DNA from: Actinomycetota bacterium
GTDB lineage: Bacteria > Actinomycetota > Humimicrobiia > JAHJRV01
Length of the DNA: 64,000 bases
Reading direction: 5' to 3'
Assembly (NCBI GenBank): GCA_018830725.1
Contig: JAHJRV010000094.1
Span: 30,628 to 94,627 of the forward strand
Position 1 is the first letter of the stretch. Each line of letters starts with the position of its first letter. The translations under genes and the position numbers were made by a program. This document shows positions 54,868 to 64,000 of this stretch, piece by piece. The notes beneath the pieces were generated by a model. That model searched no databases. It worked only from the letters and a program-made list of their open reading frames with translations, and was not told the DNA's origin.

Positions 54868-54984
54868 CTTTGGGCAAAGTTTCTCTCTTCCCCTCCCTTT
54901 ATGGGAGGGGGTAGGGAGATTATCCTCTCCCCTGGTGGGAGAGGGTAGGGAGAGGGTAAAATGTCTGCGAAACCATGCCACAAA
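54868..54984. repeat. MITE-like element, inverted orientation, with a duplicated GC core (both hairpin modules)
   Basis: Its reverse complement aligns to the 43689-43803 copy. It contains CCCCTCCC-TTTAT-GGGAGGGG and CCTCTCCC-CTGGT-GGGAGAGG hairpins. Confidence 0.75.
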
Positions 54985-55084
54985 GCTATTTATTACGAAA
55001 ATTAAATTTAAAAAATCAATTATTTAATAAATTCTGATAAAATTTTGTTTTAAAATTTTTTAAGTATTTTTATAATAGATTATT

Positions 55085-58000
55085 ATGGAAGATATCTCTA
55101 AAATAAGTAAAGAATTAGAAAAGATTGGCTCAGTATTAGTAGTTGGTGGCGGTACTGCTGGTGTTCAAGCAGCTTTTGATCTTGTTGAGTCTGGCTTCAA
55201 AGTCTACCTTGTTGAAAAATCGTGGACTCTGGGTGGTAAGATGGCTCAACTTGACAAAACATATCCTACTCTTGATTGCTTTTTCTGTGGAATAGCTCCT
55301 GAACCATTGGGTTGTCTACGTAATTTTGATGTAGAAACTATGGCTTTTGATGATGCACTTGTTGATATAAGTGAAAAAAGAATGTGCAGAGCAACAATAG
55401 TGAGAAAGCCTCACTACATTGATGGGAAACATTTTAATTTAGAGATTTTATCTTCAGTTGAGGTTTCCAGAGTACGTGGATATCCTGGCAACTTTGAAGT
55501 GGCATTATATAAAACACCTAACTTTGTAGATATAAATAAATGTACTGGATGTGGAAAATGTGCTGAGGTCTGCCCAGTAAAAATTCCAAGTGAGTATGAT
55601 GCCAGTCTGGTTGAAAGAAAAATAATCTATCGACCTTACCCACAAATTATGAAAAATATCTTCAGAATAGATAAGATAGATTTAAAGGAAGAGGTACAGA
55701 AATATCATCCAGAATTAGATATTAAAAGTTGTCTTTCATGTAGAAAATGTGAAGAAATATGTCCTGAAGGTGCTATAAACTTTAATGCTGTCCCTGAAAT
55801 GCAATACATCAATGTAGGGGCGATAATTTTAGCTCAGGGATTTGAACTTATTGATCCATTTACTATAACTGAACTTGGTTTTAGTAGGTTCAAAAATGTG
55901 ATCACCTCTCTCCAATTAGAAAGAATCATGACTAAATCTGGTCCTTCGGGAGGAAGACTTGTCAGACCATCCGATGATAAAGAGCCAGGAAAAATCGGTT
56001 TTATTCAGTGCGTTGGAACAAGAAATAAGAAACATGATTATTGTTCGACTGTATGCTGCATGCATGCTACAAAGGAAGCAATCTTAGCCAAAGAAAATTT
56101 GCCAGAAATAGAAGCTAAAATTTTTACACTTGATATGAGGGCATACGGTAAAGGTTATGAGGAACTATATCAAAAAGCAAAGAATTTTTATGGGGTTGAC
56201 TACATAAGAAGTAGACCTTCCTTTATTGAAGAAGACCCAGAAACTCAAGACTTAATTATTACCTATGTAAGTAAAAATGGTAAATTAGTGAAAGAAAATT
56301 TTCAAGTGATTGTTCTTTCTATGGGGTTTGTTGCTCCAAAAACAACCAAAAGAGATAGTCAAATATATCAAATAGAACTGAACGAGCATGGATTTATCAA
56401 AACTACTGATTTTAAACCTCTAAATACAAGTAGAGATGGAATATTTGTATGTGGTTCCTTCTCTGAACCAAAAGACATACCAGATTCTATCACTGAAGGA
56501 AGTGGAACTACTGCTTTGGCATCAGCATTGTTAGCAGATCAAAAAGGCAGTCTTATTGAGAAAAAGAAATATCCTATTCAAATGGAAATTGATTATGAAA
56601 ATCCAAGAATTGGTGTAATTCTTTGTCAGTGTGGAAATGAGATTTCCAGAGTAGTTAAGATGGCAGAGTTGGTAAAATTTATAAGAACCATCAGTGATAT
56701 AGTTGTTGTAGAAAATGAATTCTATGCTTGCTCACCTCAAATTGAGAAAAAAATAGAATATATTATGACTCAGTATAATCTAAACAGATTAGTTGTAGGT
56801 GCCTGCTCTCCAAGAACACATGCTCCGCTTTTCAAAGAAATTCTAAGAGATATTGGAATAAATTATAATATGGTTGAGGTTGTTAATTTAAGAGAACAAT
56901 GTAGTTGGGTTCACTATAGTTCTCCCTATAAGGCGACTCAAAAAGCTATGAGCTTAATTCAGATGGCAATAGCTAAAATAAAGAAAGCAAAACCACTTCT
57001 GGAAAATTATGTAGGTATTAATTCTCGAGCACTTATAGTAGGTGGAGGAATGGCAGGAATGGTAGTAGCCTTGAACCTGGCAGAGCAAGGACATCCTGTA
57101 ACCTTAGTAGAAAAAGAGGATGAGTTAGGAGGGCATTTAAAAAAGATAGTTTTTACCCTATCAGGAGAAGATCCACAAAAACTATTGGTTAATCTAAGAA
57201 AGATGATCAGTTCAAATACGAATATAGAAGTTTTATTCAATTCAGAAGTTACAGATGTGAAGGGATATGTTGGTAATTTCCAGTCAAAAGTAGTTATAAA
57301 AAAACCAGGAGAAAAAGAGGAAATCAAAAAAATTATGCATGGGGTTACCATCATTGCCACAGGTGGAGATGAGTATAGGGGTAATGAATACCTGTTAAAT
57401 AAAGATAGTAGAGTAATGACACAAGTTGATTTTGAACAAAAACTTACTGATAACCAGGAGAAACTAGGTACAATAGGTAACCTGGCTATGATTCAATGTG
57501 TAGGATGTAGAAATAATGAAAGAACTTATTGTAGTAGGGTTTGTTGTGGAAAAGCCATAAAAAATGCAATTAAATTTAAGGAAAAAAATCCTGATTCAAA
57601 TATATTTATTTTTTATAAGGATATTAGAAGCTACGGATTTATAGAGCAGTATTATACAAAAGCACGAGAAATGGGTATTATGTTTATGAGATTTGAAGAT
57701 GATAAAAAACCTGAAGTGCAAAAGTATAATAATAAAAAATCATTAGAGATTTCATTCTTCGATCTTAATTTAAAAAAGAATCTTAAAATTAAAGTAGGTT
57801 TAATTGTTCTTTCTACAGCCATTATTCCTCTTGAAGGAAATAAAAAATTAGCAAATATGCTGGGAGTGCCTCTGGATGAAAATGGATTCTTTTTAGAGAA
57901 GCATATAAAAGTAAGACCGGTTGATACAAAAAGGGATGGAATATTTGTTTGTGGTCTTGCTCACTCTCCTAAATATTTAAGAGAGACTATAGCTCAAGCA

Positions 58001-58297
58001 TTAGCTACTGCTTCTCGAGCAAGTACCGTCTTATCAAAGAAAGAGATGCGGATAGGAATTAAAATCTCTAAAGTAGATGAGGAGAAATGTATAGGTTGCT
58101 TAACCTGTGTAAGAGTTTGTCCTTCAGGAGTACCAAAAATAAATGAGCAAGGAGTATCTGAGATAAATCCATTTGAGTGCAAAGGTTGCGGAATATGTGC
58201 CTCTGCTTGCCCAGCTAATGCTATAGATGTAGTTAACTACCCTCATGATCAGATGATTGCTACAGAATTATCATTAAGAGAGGAAGTGTTAGTTTAA
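55085..58297 (+). CDS. hdrA: heterodisulfide reductase subunit A-like flavoprotein, double-module form (paralog of 51352-54423)
   Basis: VVGGGTAGVQAAFDL and IVGGGMAGMVVALNLA. CVGTRNKKHDYCSTVCC and CVGCRNNERTYCSRVCC. Ferredoxin Cys clusters present. Confidence 0.8.
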   Translation: MEDISKISKELEKIGSVLVVGGGTAGVQAAFDLVESGFKVYLVEKSWTLGGKMAQLDKTYPTLDCFFCGIAPEPLGCLRNFDVETMAFDDALVDISEKRMCRATIVRKPHYIDGKHFNLEILSSVEVSRVRGYPGNFEVALYKTPNFVDINKCTGCGKCAEVCPVKIPSEYDASLVERKIIYRPYPQIMKNIFRIDKIDLKEEVQKYHPELDIKSCLSCRKCEEICPEGAINFNAVPEMQYINVGAIILAQGFELIDPFTITELGFSRFKNVITSLQLERIMTKSGPSGGRLVRPSDDKEPGKIGFIQCVGTRNKKHDYCSTVCCMHATKEAILAKENLPEIEAKIFTLDMRAYGKGYEELYQKAKNFYGVDYIRSRPSFIEEDPETQDLIITYVSKNGKLVKENFQVIVLSMGFVAPKTTKRDSQIYQIELNEHGFIKTTDFKPLNTSRDGIFVCGSFSEPKDIPDSITEGSGTTALASALLADQKGSLIEKKKYPIQMEIDYENPRIGVILCQCGNEISRVVKMAELVKFIRTISDIVVVENEFYACSPQIEKKIEYIMTQYNLNRLVVGACSPRTHAPLFKEILRDIGINYNMVEVVNLREQCSWVHYSSPYKATQKAMSLIQMAIAKIKKAKPLLENYVGINSRALIVGGGMAGMVVALNLAEQGHPVTLVEKEDELGGHLKKIVFTLSGEDPQKLLVNLRKMISSNTNIEVLFNSEVTDVKGYVGNFQSKVVIKKPGEKEEIKKIMHGVTIIATGGDEYRGNEYLLNKDSRVMTQVDFEQKLTDNQEKLGTIGNLAMIQCVGCRNNERTYCSRVCCGKAIKNAIKFKEKNPDSNIFIFYKDIRSYGFIEQYYTKAREMGIMFMRFEDDKKPEVQKYNNKKSLEISFFDLNLKKNLKIKVGLIVLSTAIIPLEGNKKLANMLGVPLDENGFFLEKHIKVRPVDTKRDGIFVCGLAHSPKYLRETIAQALATASRASTVLSKKEMRIGIKISKVDEEKCIGCLTCVRVCPSGVPKINEQGVSEINPFECKGCGICASACPANAIDVVNYPHDQMIATELSLREEVLV

Positions 58298-58299
58298 TT

Positions 58300-58773
58300 A
58301 TGTTTGAACCTGAAATAATAGCTTTTTGTTGTGAATATTGTGGTTACTCTGCTGCTGATTTAGCTGGAGCGATGAGAGTCGAGTATCCTCCAAACGTTGT
58401 AATAGTAAGAGTTCCATGTGCAGGATACTTAACACATGTTCATATATTGAGAGTATTTGAGGAGGGTTATGATGGAGTCTTTATTGCTAGTTGTCTTGAA
58501 GGAAGCTGTCAATATAGAACCGGAAATGAAAGAGCAGAGAAAATGGTGTCAACAGTAAAGAAGTCGTTAGATGAAGTCAGAATAGGTGGAGAGAGATTGG
58601 AGATTTATAAAATGGCTTCCTCTATGGGAAAATATTTCGCTGATATTGCCATAAATATGACTGAGAAAATTAAAAAATTAGGTCCTAATCCTATAAAATT
58701 AATAGAAGAAAGATTTGAGGAAGAGGAGCGTAGACAGTTAAAAGAAATGGGAGTGGGAATCTCAACTACTTAA
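58300..58773 (+). CDS. mvhD: MvhD-like [2Fe-2S] protein (paralog)
   Basis: FCCEYCGYSAADL...CAG...SCLEGSC. It starts 3 nt after the hdrA stop. Confidence 0.75.
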   Translation: MFEPEIIAFCCEYCGYSAADLAGAMRVEYPPNVVIVRVPCAGYLTHVHILRVFEEGYDGVFIASCLEGSCQYRTGNERAEKMVSTVKKSLDEVRIGGERLEIYKMASSMGKYFADIAINMTEKIKKLGPNPIKLIEERFEEEERRQLKEMGVGISTT

Positions 58774-58823
58774 TTAAAAAAGATTGGATTAATAATAAAT
58801 TCGCTTTATGAGGAGGTGAAATT

Positions 58824-59492
58824 ATGATTGTAGCAGAAAGAAAACCCTTCGACGAAATAAAAGAAATAATAAAAGATAAAAAAAATATAACGATTATTGG
58901 CTGTGGAACTTGTGTTACCATAAATCAGACAGGTGGAGAAAAAGAAGTTGCTATATTAGCTTCTGAGTTAAGAATTGCTAAAAAGCTTGATGGTGATAGT
59001 GTTAATGTTAAACAATTAACAATTCAAAGGCAATGTGAAAGGGAATTTGTAGAAGAGATAAGTCAAAAGATTGAACAAGCAGATGTAGTTCTTTCTATGG
59101 CTTGTGGAGTTGGAGTTCAGACAATGGCTGGGATATATCCAGATAAATTAATATTTCCTACCCTGAATACAATATCCATGGCATTTCCTGATAAACCTGG
59201 TTTTTTTAAGGAAATGTGTATAGGTTGTGGAAATTGTGTTCTATGTGAATATGGAGGAATTTGTCCAATTACACGCTGTTCAAAAAGTATGTTGAATGGT
59301 CCCTGTGGAGGATCTCGAGATGGAAAATGCGAAGTCGATCCTGATATTGAATGTGCTTGGCAACTTATAGTTGATAAATTAAAAAAACAGGGTCGTTTAG
59401 ATATATTAACTAAAATAAAACCTGCAAAGGATTGGTCCTCTTCTCATCATGGAGGACCAAGAACATTAATAATTGAAGAGGCTGAGATATAG
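58824..59492 (+). CDS. metV: MetV-like protein (methylene-tetrahydrofolate reductase C-terminal domain family, Cys-rich)
   Basis: 222 aa with Cys clusters CIGCGNCVLCEYGGICPITRCSKSMLNGPCGG. It lies immediately upstream of metF, with a strong RBS ggaggtg. Confidence 0.6.
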   Translation: MIVAERKPFDEIKEIIKDKKNITIIGCGTCVTINQTGGEKEVAILASELRIAKKLDGDSVNVKQLTIQRQCEREFVEEISQKIEQADVVLSMACGVGVQTMAGIYPDKLIFPTLNTISMAFPDKPGFFKEMCIGCGNCVLCEYGGICPITRCSKSMLNGPCGGSRDGKCEVDPDIECAWQLIVDKLKKQGRLDILTKIKPAKDWSSSHHGGPRTLIIEEAEI

Positions 59493-59545
59493 AAATATTG
59501 AGATAAGTAAGTATTTTTTAAGAAATTAACAAATAGAGGATAAAT

Positions 59546-60475
59546 ATGAATAAAGAAATGAAATCAGAGAGCAATTTAGAGAAATTATTAAGCAGAGGGG
59601 AATTCGTAGTTACAGCTGAGCTTGGTCCTCCAAAGGGAGCCAATATTAATACAATTATTAATAAAGTAAAAATATTAAAAGGATTTTGTGATGCTGTAAA
59701 TATCACAGATAATCAAACTTCTATTGTTAGAATGTCTTCTATTGCATCCGCCATTAAAATTATACAATTAGGAATGGAACCCATAATTCAAATGGTAACG
59801 AGAGATAGAAACAGAATAGCACTTCAGAGCGATTTAATTGGAGCTGCTGCTCTTGGTGTAAAAAATGTTCTTTGTCTTACTGGAGATCATCAAAGTTTTG
59901 GAAATCATCCTTCAAGTAAAAATGTTTTTGATGTTGATTCAATCCAGTTGGTAAAAATGTTCAAGGATATGAGAGATGAACATAAGTTTCAATGTGGTGA
60001 AGAGATGAAACATCCTCCAGAGATCTTCATAGGGGCTGCTGCTAATCCATTTGCTGATCCCTTTGACTTTCGACCTATAAGATTGGCTAAAAAGGTGAAT
60101 GCAGGTGTTGATTTTATACAAACTCAATTAGTTTATAATATAGAAAAATTCAAAGAATATATGAAGAAGGTCAGAGAAATGGGCTTACACAAAAAGGTTT
60201 ATATACTTGCTGGAGTTGGACCAATTAAATCTGTGGGAATGGCTAAATACATGCAAAAAAATGTAGCTGGTATGGATGTCCCTGACAAGATAGTAGAAAG
60301 ACTTAAAAAAAGCAAAGATGCAAAAGAAGAAGGTATAAATATTTGTGTAGATATAATCCAGGAAATTAAAGAGATAGAAGGTGTATCTGGAGTCCATATA
60401 ATGGCTATAGCCTGGGAAGAAGCGGTTCCAATTATTGTTGAAAAAACTGGATTACTTCCCAGACCAAAACCATAA
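59546..60475 (+). CDS. metF: 5,10-methylenetetrahydrofolate reductase
   Basis: MTHFR-fold motifs EFVVTAELGPPKG, LCLTGDH and FIQTQLVY. Confidence 0.75.
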   Translation: MNKEMKSESNLEKLLSRGEFVVTAELGPPKGANINTIINKVKILKGFCDAVNITDNQTSIVRMSSIASAIKIIQLGMEPIIQMVTRDRNRIALQSDLIGAAALGVKNVLCLTGDHQSFGNHPSSKNVFDVDSIQLVKMFKDMRDEHKFQCGEEMKHPPEIFIGAAANPFADPFDFRPIRLAKKVNAGVDFIQTQLVYNIEKFKEYMKKVREMGLHKKVYILAGVGPIKSVGMAKYMQKNVAGMDVPDKIVERLKKSKDAKEEGINICVDIIQEIKEIEGVSGVHIMAIAWEEAVPIIVEKTGLLPRPKP

Positions 60476-60548
60476 AAGGAATAGAAAATAAAAGATGGGT
60501 TCAGGTCTTGTAATATAACAAAATTTATCTAATTTTGAAGTAATAAAA

Positions 60549-60647
60549 GCTTTGGGTATACTTTCTTGAGTATTTATCCTCTCCCCTGGTGGGAGAGGAA
60601 TAAGGAGAGGGGGAATTTAAAATGTCTTCGAAAGTATACTACGAAGC
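60549..60647. repeat. MITE-like element, inverted orientation, with diverged but still self-complementary arms
   Basis: Arms gggtatactttcttgag / cgaaagtatactacgaag. Core ttattcctctcccctggtgggagagg is shared with the other copies. Confidence 0.7.
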
Positions 60648-60703
60648 TAAAAATCTCTATAAAAATAAACTTTTGAAATTAAAATTACAAAAAATGGTGA
60701 AAA

Positions 60704-61210
60704 ATGAATGATAAAGTACCAGATAAGCTTTTAAAAATAGATAGATCTTTAGCGCAGAAGTTTATAAAAACACCTGGTCAAAATCCTTATTTGTGCTATC
60801 AATGTAATAAATGTAGTTGTGGATGTCCTACAGCTCATAAAATGACTTTACTACCACATCAGATTATGAGAGCTGTCCAACTGGGTCAGATGGAAATGAT
60901 ACTGGATAACGACTCTATATTTTACTGCTCTTTCTGCCATACTTGCTTAGAAAGATGTCCGCAGGGAATTGCTGTATCAGAGATCATATCTAAATTGAAG
61001 GGTATGGTAGCTAAGATAAAAGGAATGCCTTCTGCATACAAGGATGAGTTTAAAATGATAGCTGAAACTGGTAGAACTTCTCCTCTAACATCTGCAGTTA
61101 GAAGAAGAAGAGAACAACTCGGATTACCTTCATTATCTGAAACAGTTGGAAAGGGAGAAGCTAAAAAGATCATTAAAAAAACAGAAATAATCTCATATAT
61201 AGAAAAATAA
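60704..61210 (+). CDS. hdrC: heterodisulfide reductase subunit C-like protein (2x[4Fe-4S])
   Basis: CYQCNKCSCGCP and CSFCHTCLERCP motifs. Confidence 0.7.
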   Translation: MNDKVPDKLLKIDRSLAQKFIKTPGQNPYLCYQCNKCSCGCPTAHKMTLLPHQIMRAVQLGQMEMILDNDSIFYCSFCHTCLERCPQGIAVSEIISKLKGMVAKIKGMPSAYKDEFKMIAETGRTSPLTSAVRRRREQLGLPSLSETVGKGEAKKIIKKTEIISYIEK

Positions 61211-61240
61211 AGTCAAGCCCTGAAATAACAAATTTCATTT

Positions 61241-62182
61241 ATGTTGAGAAAGGAAATTATAAATAAAGAAATGGGAAATCAAGAAATAACAAAAAAGCAA
61301 GAAAATTATGATTATCTTCTATTTTTAGGGTGTCTTATTCCAACCTCACTTCCCTATATGGAGATAGCTGCAAGAAAATCCTTAGAAATATTAAATATTA
61401 AACTAAAAGAAACAAATGATTTTGCGTGTTGCCCAGATCCGGTTGGAATAAAAGCCATGGATGAAATAACCTGGTTATCTCTTGGAGCTCGAAATCTATG
61501 TGTGGCACAGAAGATAGGTTTAGATATTCTCACTCTTTGTAATGGTTGCTATGAAACTTTAAAAGAAACAAGTCATATATTAAAAGAGCAAAAAGAAACT
61601 TTAGAGAAAGTAAATAAAATATTATCTTCAGTAAACAAAGAATATAAAGGAAACATAATAGTAAAACATATAGCTGAAGTTCTTTACAAAGAAGTTGGTA
61701 CCTCCAAAATTTCCAGTGTTGTAAAAAAACCATTAAAAAATTTGAAAGTATCCGCTTTTTACGGTTGTCATGTAGTAAGACCCAGTGAAATAATGGAATT
61801 TGACGATCCTGAAAATCCGAAATTCCTGGATGAATTAATAGAAGCTATAGGTTGTATTTCAGTTCCTAGAATGCAAAAGATGTTATGTTGTGGAGCTCCA
61901 CTACTTGGAGTAAATATGGAATTATCCTTAGAAATGGCTAAAAATAATCTTGATTATATTAAATCTTCAGGAGCAGATTGTATTGTAACTCTATGTCCAT
62001 TCTGCCAGACTCAATTTGATAGAAACCAAGCTGTTATACAAAGAAAATTTAATTTAGATTACAATTTACCAGCTTTATATTATCCTGAATTGCTTTGTTT
62101 AGCTTTGGGAGTTGAACCTGAAAAATTAGGTTTTAATCTCCATAGAGTCAAAGTAGATCCAATATTGGAAAAAATCCTGTAA
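61241..62182 (+). CDS. hdrB: heterodisulfide reductase subunit B-like protein (two CCG domains)
   Basis: CCG motifs FACCPDP / CNGC and MLCCGAP / CPFC. Confidence 0.7.
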   Translation: MLRKEIINKEMGNQEITKKQENYDYLLFLGCLIPTSLPYMEIAARKSLEILNIKLKETNDFACCPDPVGIKAMDEITWLSLGARNLCVAQKIGLDILTLCNGCYETLKETSHILKEQKETLEKVNKILSSVNKEYKGNIIVKHIAEVLYKEVGTSKISSVVKKPLKNLKVSAFYGCHVVRPSEIMEFDDPENPKFLDELIEAIGCISVPRMQKMLCCGAPLLGVNMELSLEMAKNNLDYIKSSGADCIVTLCPFCQTQFDRNQAVIQRKFNLDYNLPALYYPELLCLALGVEPEKLGFNLHRVKVDPILEKIL

Positions 62183-62249
62183 GAATTTAACTAAACAAAC
62201 CTAATAGATTAAATGAATTTATATAGAGAATTAAAATTTAAAAAAATAT

Positions 62250-63359
62250 TTATTTCACAAAATAGGTATTTCTAATGTTCTCTGATACTTTGTTTAATAG
62301 AATTAGTGCTTTGTCCGCTTCTTCCTCTGAAACTGTTCCCAAGCCACAGGAATGTGTCAAAAGGGATCTCCTCAAAATGAAATCTTTATCTAAACCTTTA
62401 TTAACAAGAAATTCGATCTGTTTATTAAACTTATTAATTATTTCTTCAATTAGGTTATTTATATTATCTTCTCTTGGTTCTGTTGGAACTATCCCCCATG
62501 CTAATACTTTTCCCCTATTTAAAAACTCAATTATTTCATCACTATATATTGAGAAATTTTCAAAATAGTTATATGCATCGAAATTTATGATATCAACATC
62601 TGTTTCGGTTATAAGTGACCAATCAGTTTTTCCGCAACAATGAATTCCCTTTATACCATTAACAGCATTAAAACATTGATTTAATTGATTAATAATCTGT
62701 TCTTTGGAAAGACTTATATAAGAAGACCCTAATGAAGCTAAATAGGGCTCATCAAAAAATATTATACTCTGACAATTAGGGCAGATTTTTTTAAATTCAT
62801 TTTCCTGCCACTTTGCAATCATTGATATTGATTTAACTGCAGTATCCTGAATTATATTATTATAAAAAATTGGTTTTCTATCCTGGTCTAATAAACTAAA
62901 ACCAAGTGTAATTGGTCCAGTAACTTGCCCCTTGATGTACTTTATATCACCCCTAATATTATTAATATTACTTAGGAGTTTTATATCATCACAATATTTT
63001 CCACTCATAATTTCTATAAATTTATAAAATCCTTTTGCTCTATTTGAAGAAATTGCAAAATTATCTATTTTTTTAGAAGTGTATTTAATATAAAACTCAT
63101 CCAAATTTTTAATGTAATCTTTTTCTGTATCAATCCATATCTTTTCATTCTCGTAATCTACTATCTCATTTGGTATATGCTCTGAAAATTGAGCACTCAT
63201 ATTTTCCAGGAAATTTATTTTAGGTAGCTGAGGCCAATATGGAGCAATTGGATACAACTCTAAAACTTTTAAACATGTATACTTTACATCTTTAAAAGGT
63301 AAACTTCCTACCCCTGTGGCAATACATTTTGGTTCAAAATCCAATTTCTTCTCATTCAT
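62250..63359 (-). CDS. UROD/MetE-superfamily methyltransferase (cobalamin-independent methionine synthase catalytic-domain-like)
   Basis: TGVGSLPF (resembles MetE TTIGSFPR), IFFDEPYLA (resembles IQIDEP), IHCCG and THSCGLG putative Zn ligands. Confidence 0.45.
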   Translation of the reverse strand: MNEKKLDFEPKCIATGVGSLPFKDVKYTCLKVLELYPIAPYWPQLPKINFLENMSAQFSEHIPNEIVDYENEKIWIDTEKDYIKNLDEFYIKYTSKKIDNFAISSNRAKGFYKFIEIMSGKYCDDIKLLSNINNIRGDIKYIKGQVTGPITLGFSLLDQDRKPIFYNNIIQDTAVKSISMIAKWQENEFKKICPNCQSIIFFDEPYLASLGSSYISLSKEQIINQLNQCFNAVNGIKGIHCCGKTDWSLITETDVDIINFDAYNYFENFSIYSDEIIEFLNRGKVLAWGIVPTEPREDNINNLIEEIINKFNKQIEFLVNKGLDKDFILRRSLLTHSCGLGTVSEEEADKALILLNKVSENIRNTYFVK

Positions 63360-63439
63360 TTTAACAAAACTAATAAAAACAATTTTTGATATTTATGATT
63401 TCTTAAAGTACAAAGAAACAATTTTTATAATGAAATTAA

Positions 63440-64000
63440 TTATTGAAATTTAGAATTTTTAAAATATTTTAATGCATCACTTGCTTTATATGAAGAACGG
63501 ACAAAAGGTCCAGATTCTATATATTTTATTCCCATATTTAGTGCAATTCGCTTTAGATCTACAAATTCATCGGGATTGTAGAATTTATAAATAGGTGTGT
63601 GATTTTTTGATGGTTGCAAATATTGCCCTATTGTTACAATATCACAACCTGTATTTGATAAATCCTTTAACAAATCTAAAATTTCATCCCACTTCTCCCC
63701 CAAACCAACCATGAACCCAGATTTAACAATTATACTTTTTGAGTATTTTTTAGCTTTTTCAAGAATTCTTAAAGACATATTATAATCAGCACCAGGTCTT
63801 ATTTCAGGATAAAGTCTGGAAACTGTTTCTATATTATGATTTAATACATCAGGAAAATAAGCTAAAACCATATTTAAGTTATTAAAATTACCACTAAAAT
63901 CTGGAATCAAAACCTCAATAGAAGGATTTGGCTTTATTCTTTTTATTTCTTTTATACAATCAACAAATTGATTGGCTCCACCATCTTCTAAATCATCTCT
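63440..64000 (-). CDS. lipA: lipoyl synthase, 3' portion (N-terminus lies beyond the window end)
   Basis: SGFMVGLGE, GCDIVTIGQYLQPS and YIESGPFVRSSY motifs. The reading frame continues to position 64000. Confidence 0.75.
   Translation of the reverse strand, partial: RDDLEDGGANQFVDCIKEIKRIKPNPSIEVLIPDFSGNFNNLNMVLAYFPDVLNHNIETVSRLYPEIRPGADYNMSLRILEKAKKYSKSIIVKSGFMVGLGEKWDEILDLLKDLSNTGCDIVTIGQYLQPSKNHTPIYKFYNPDEFVDLKRIALNMGIKYIESGPFVRSSYKASDALKYFKNSKFQ

Noticed and set aside
51352-58297. Selenocysteine (in-frame TGA) in HdrA or MvhD
   Set aside because: Both HdrA ORFs and both MvhD ORFs read through without internal stops. The conserved cluster positions are Cys codons.

Overview
This is a strongly AT-rich bacterial chromosomal segment with a Gram-positive/anaerobe-like gene repertoire and GGAGG-type ribosome-binding sites. 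Most genes are housekeeping genes on the minus strand, and no transposase, integrase or CRISPR is present.

Left end (about 1-6.7 kb), which looks accessory and abuts a tRNA-Leu(GAG):
- a dodecin-like small protein;
- an APC-family transporter followed by a terminator and two paralogous GC-rich hairpins;
- two small unknown genes;
- a translationally coupled nucleotidyltransferase-fold gene plus calcineurin-like metallophosphoesterase gene;
- a class II aldolase.

Middle:
- two orphan family-5 solute-binding lipoproteins and secG;
- a complete oppABCDF operon;
- tpiA-pgk-gap and whiA-rapZ;
- uvrC, uvrA, uvrB and coaE;
- rpsA, polA, tRNA-Leu(CAA) and dnaE;
- a sugar-phosphate isomerase-like TIM-barrel gene;
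- gatCAB, a CPBP protease and ligA.

Right end (50-64 kb), the methyl branch of a Wood-Ljungdahl-type C1 pathway:
- an AcsE-like methyl-H4folate:corrinoid methyltransferase;
- two tandem paralogous pairs of a double-module (about 1000 aa) HdrA plus MvhD;
- MetV, MetF, HdrC and HdrB (an Hdr-MetF complex in a new gene order);
- a MetE/UROD-like methyltransferase and a partial lipA.

Non-coding signals:
- a family of MITE-like inverted-repeat elements carrying GC-rich hairpin modules, with 4 copies plus core-only fragments, always just 3' of stop codons;
- a 4x20-nt tandem repeat born from the 3' end of whiA, lying upstream of gap;
- a 26-nt motif repeated 3' of two unrelated genes.
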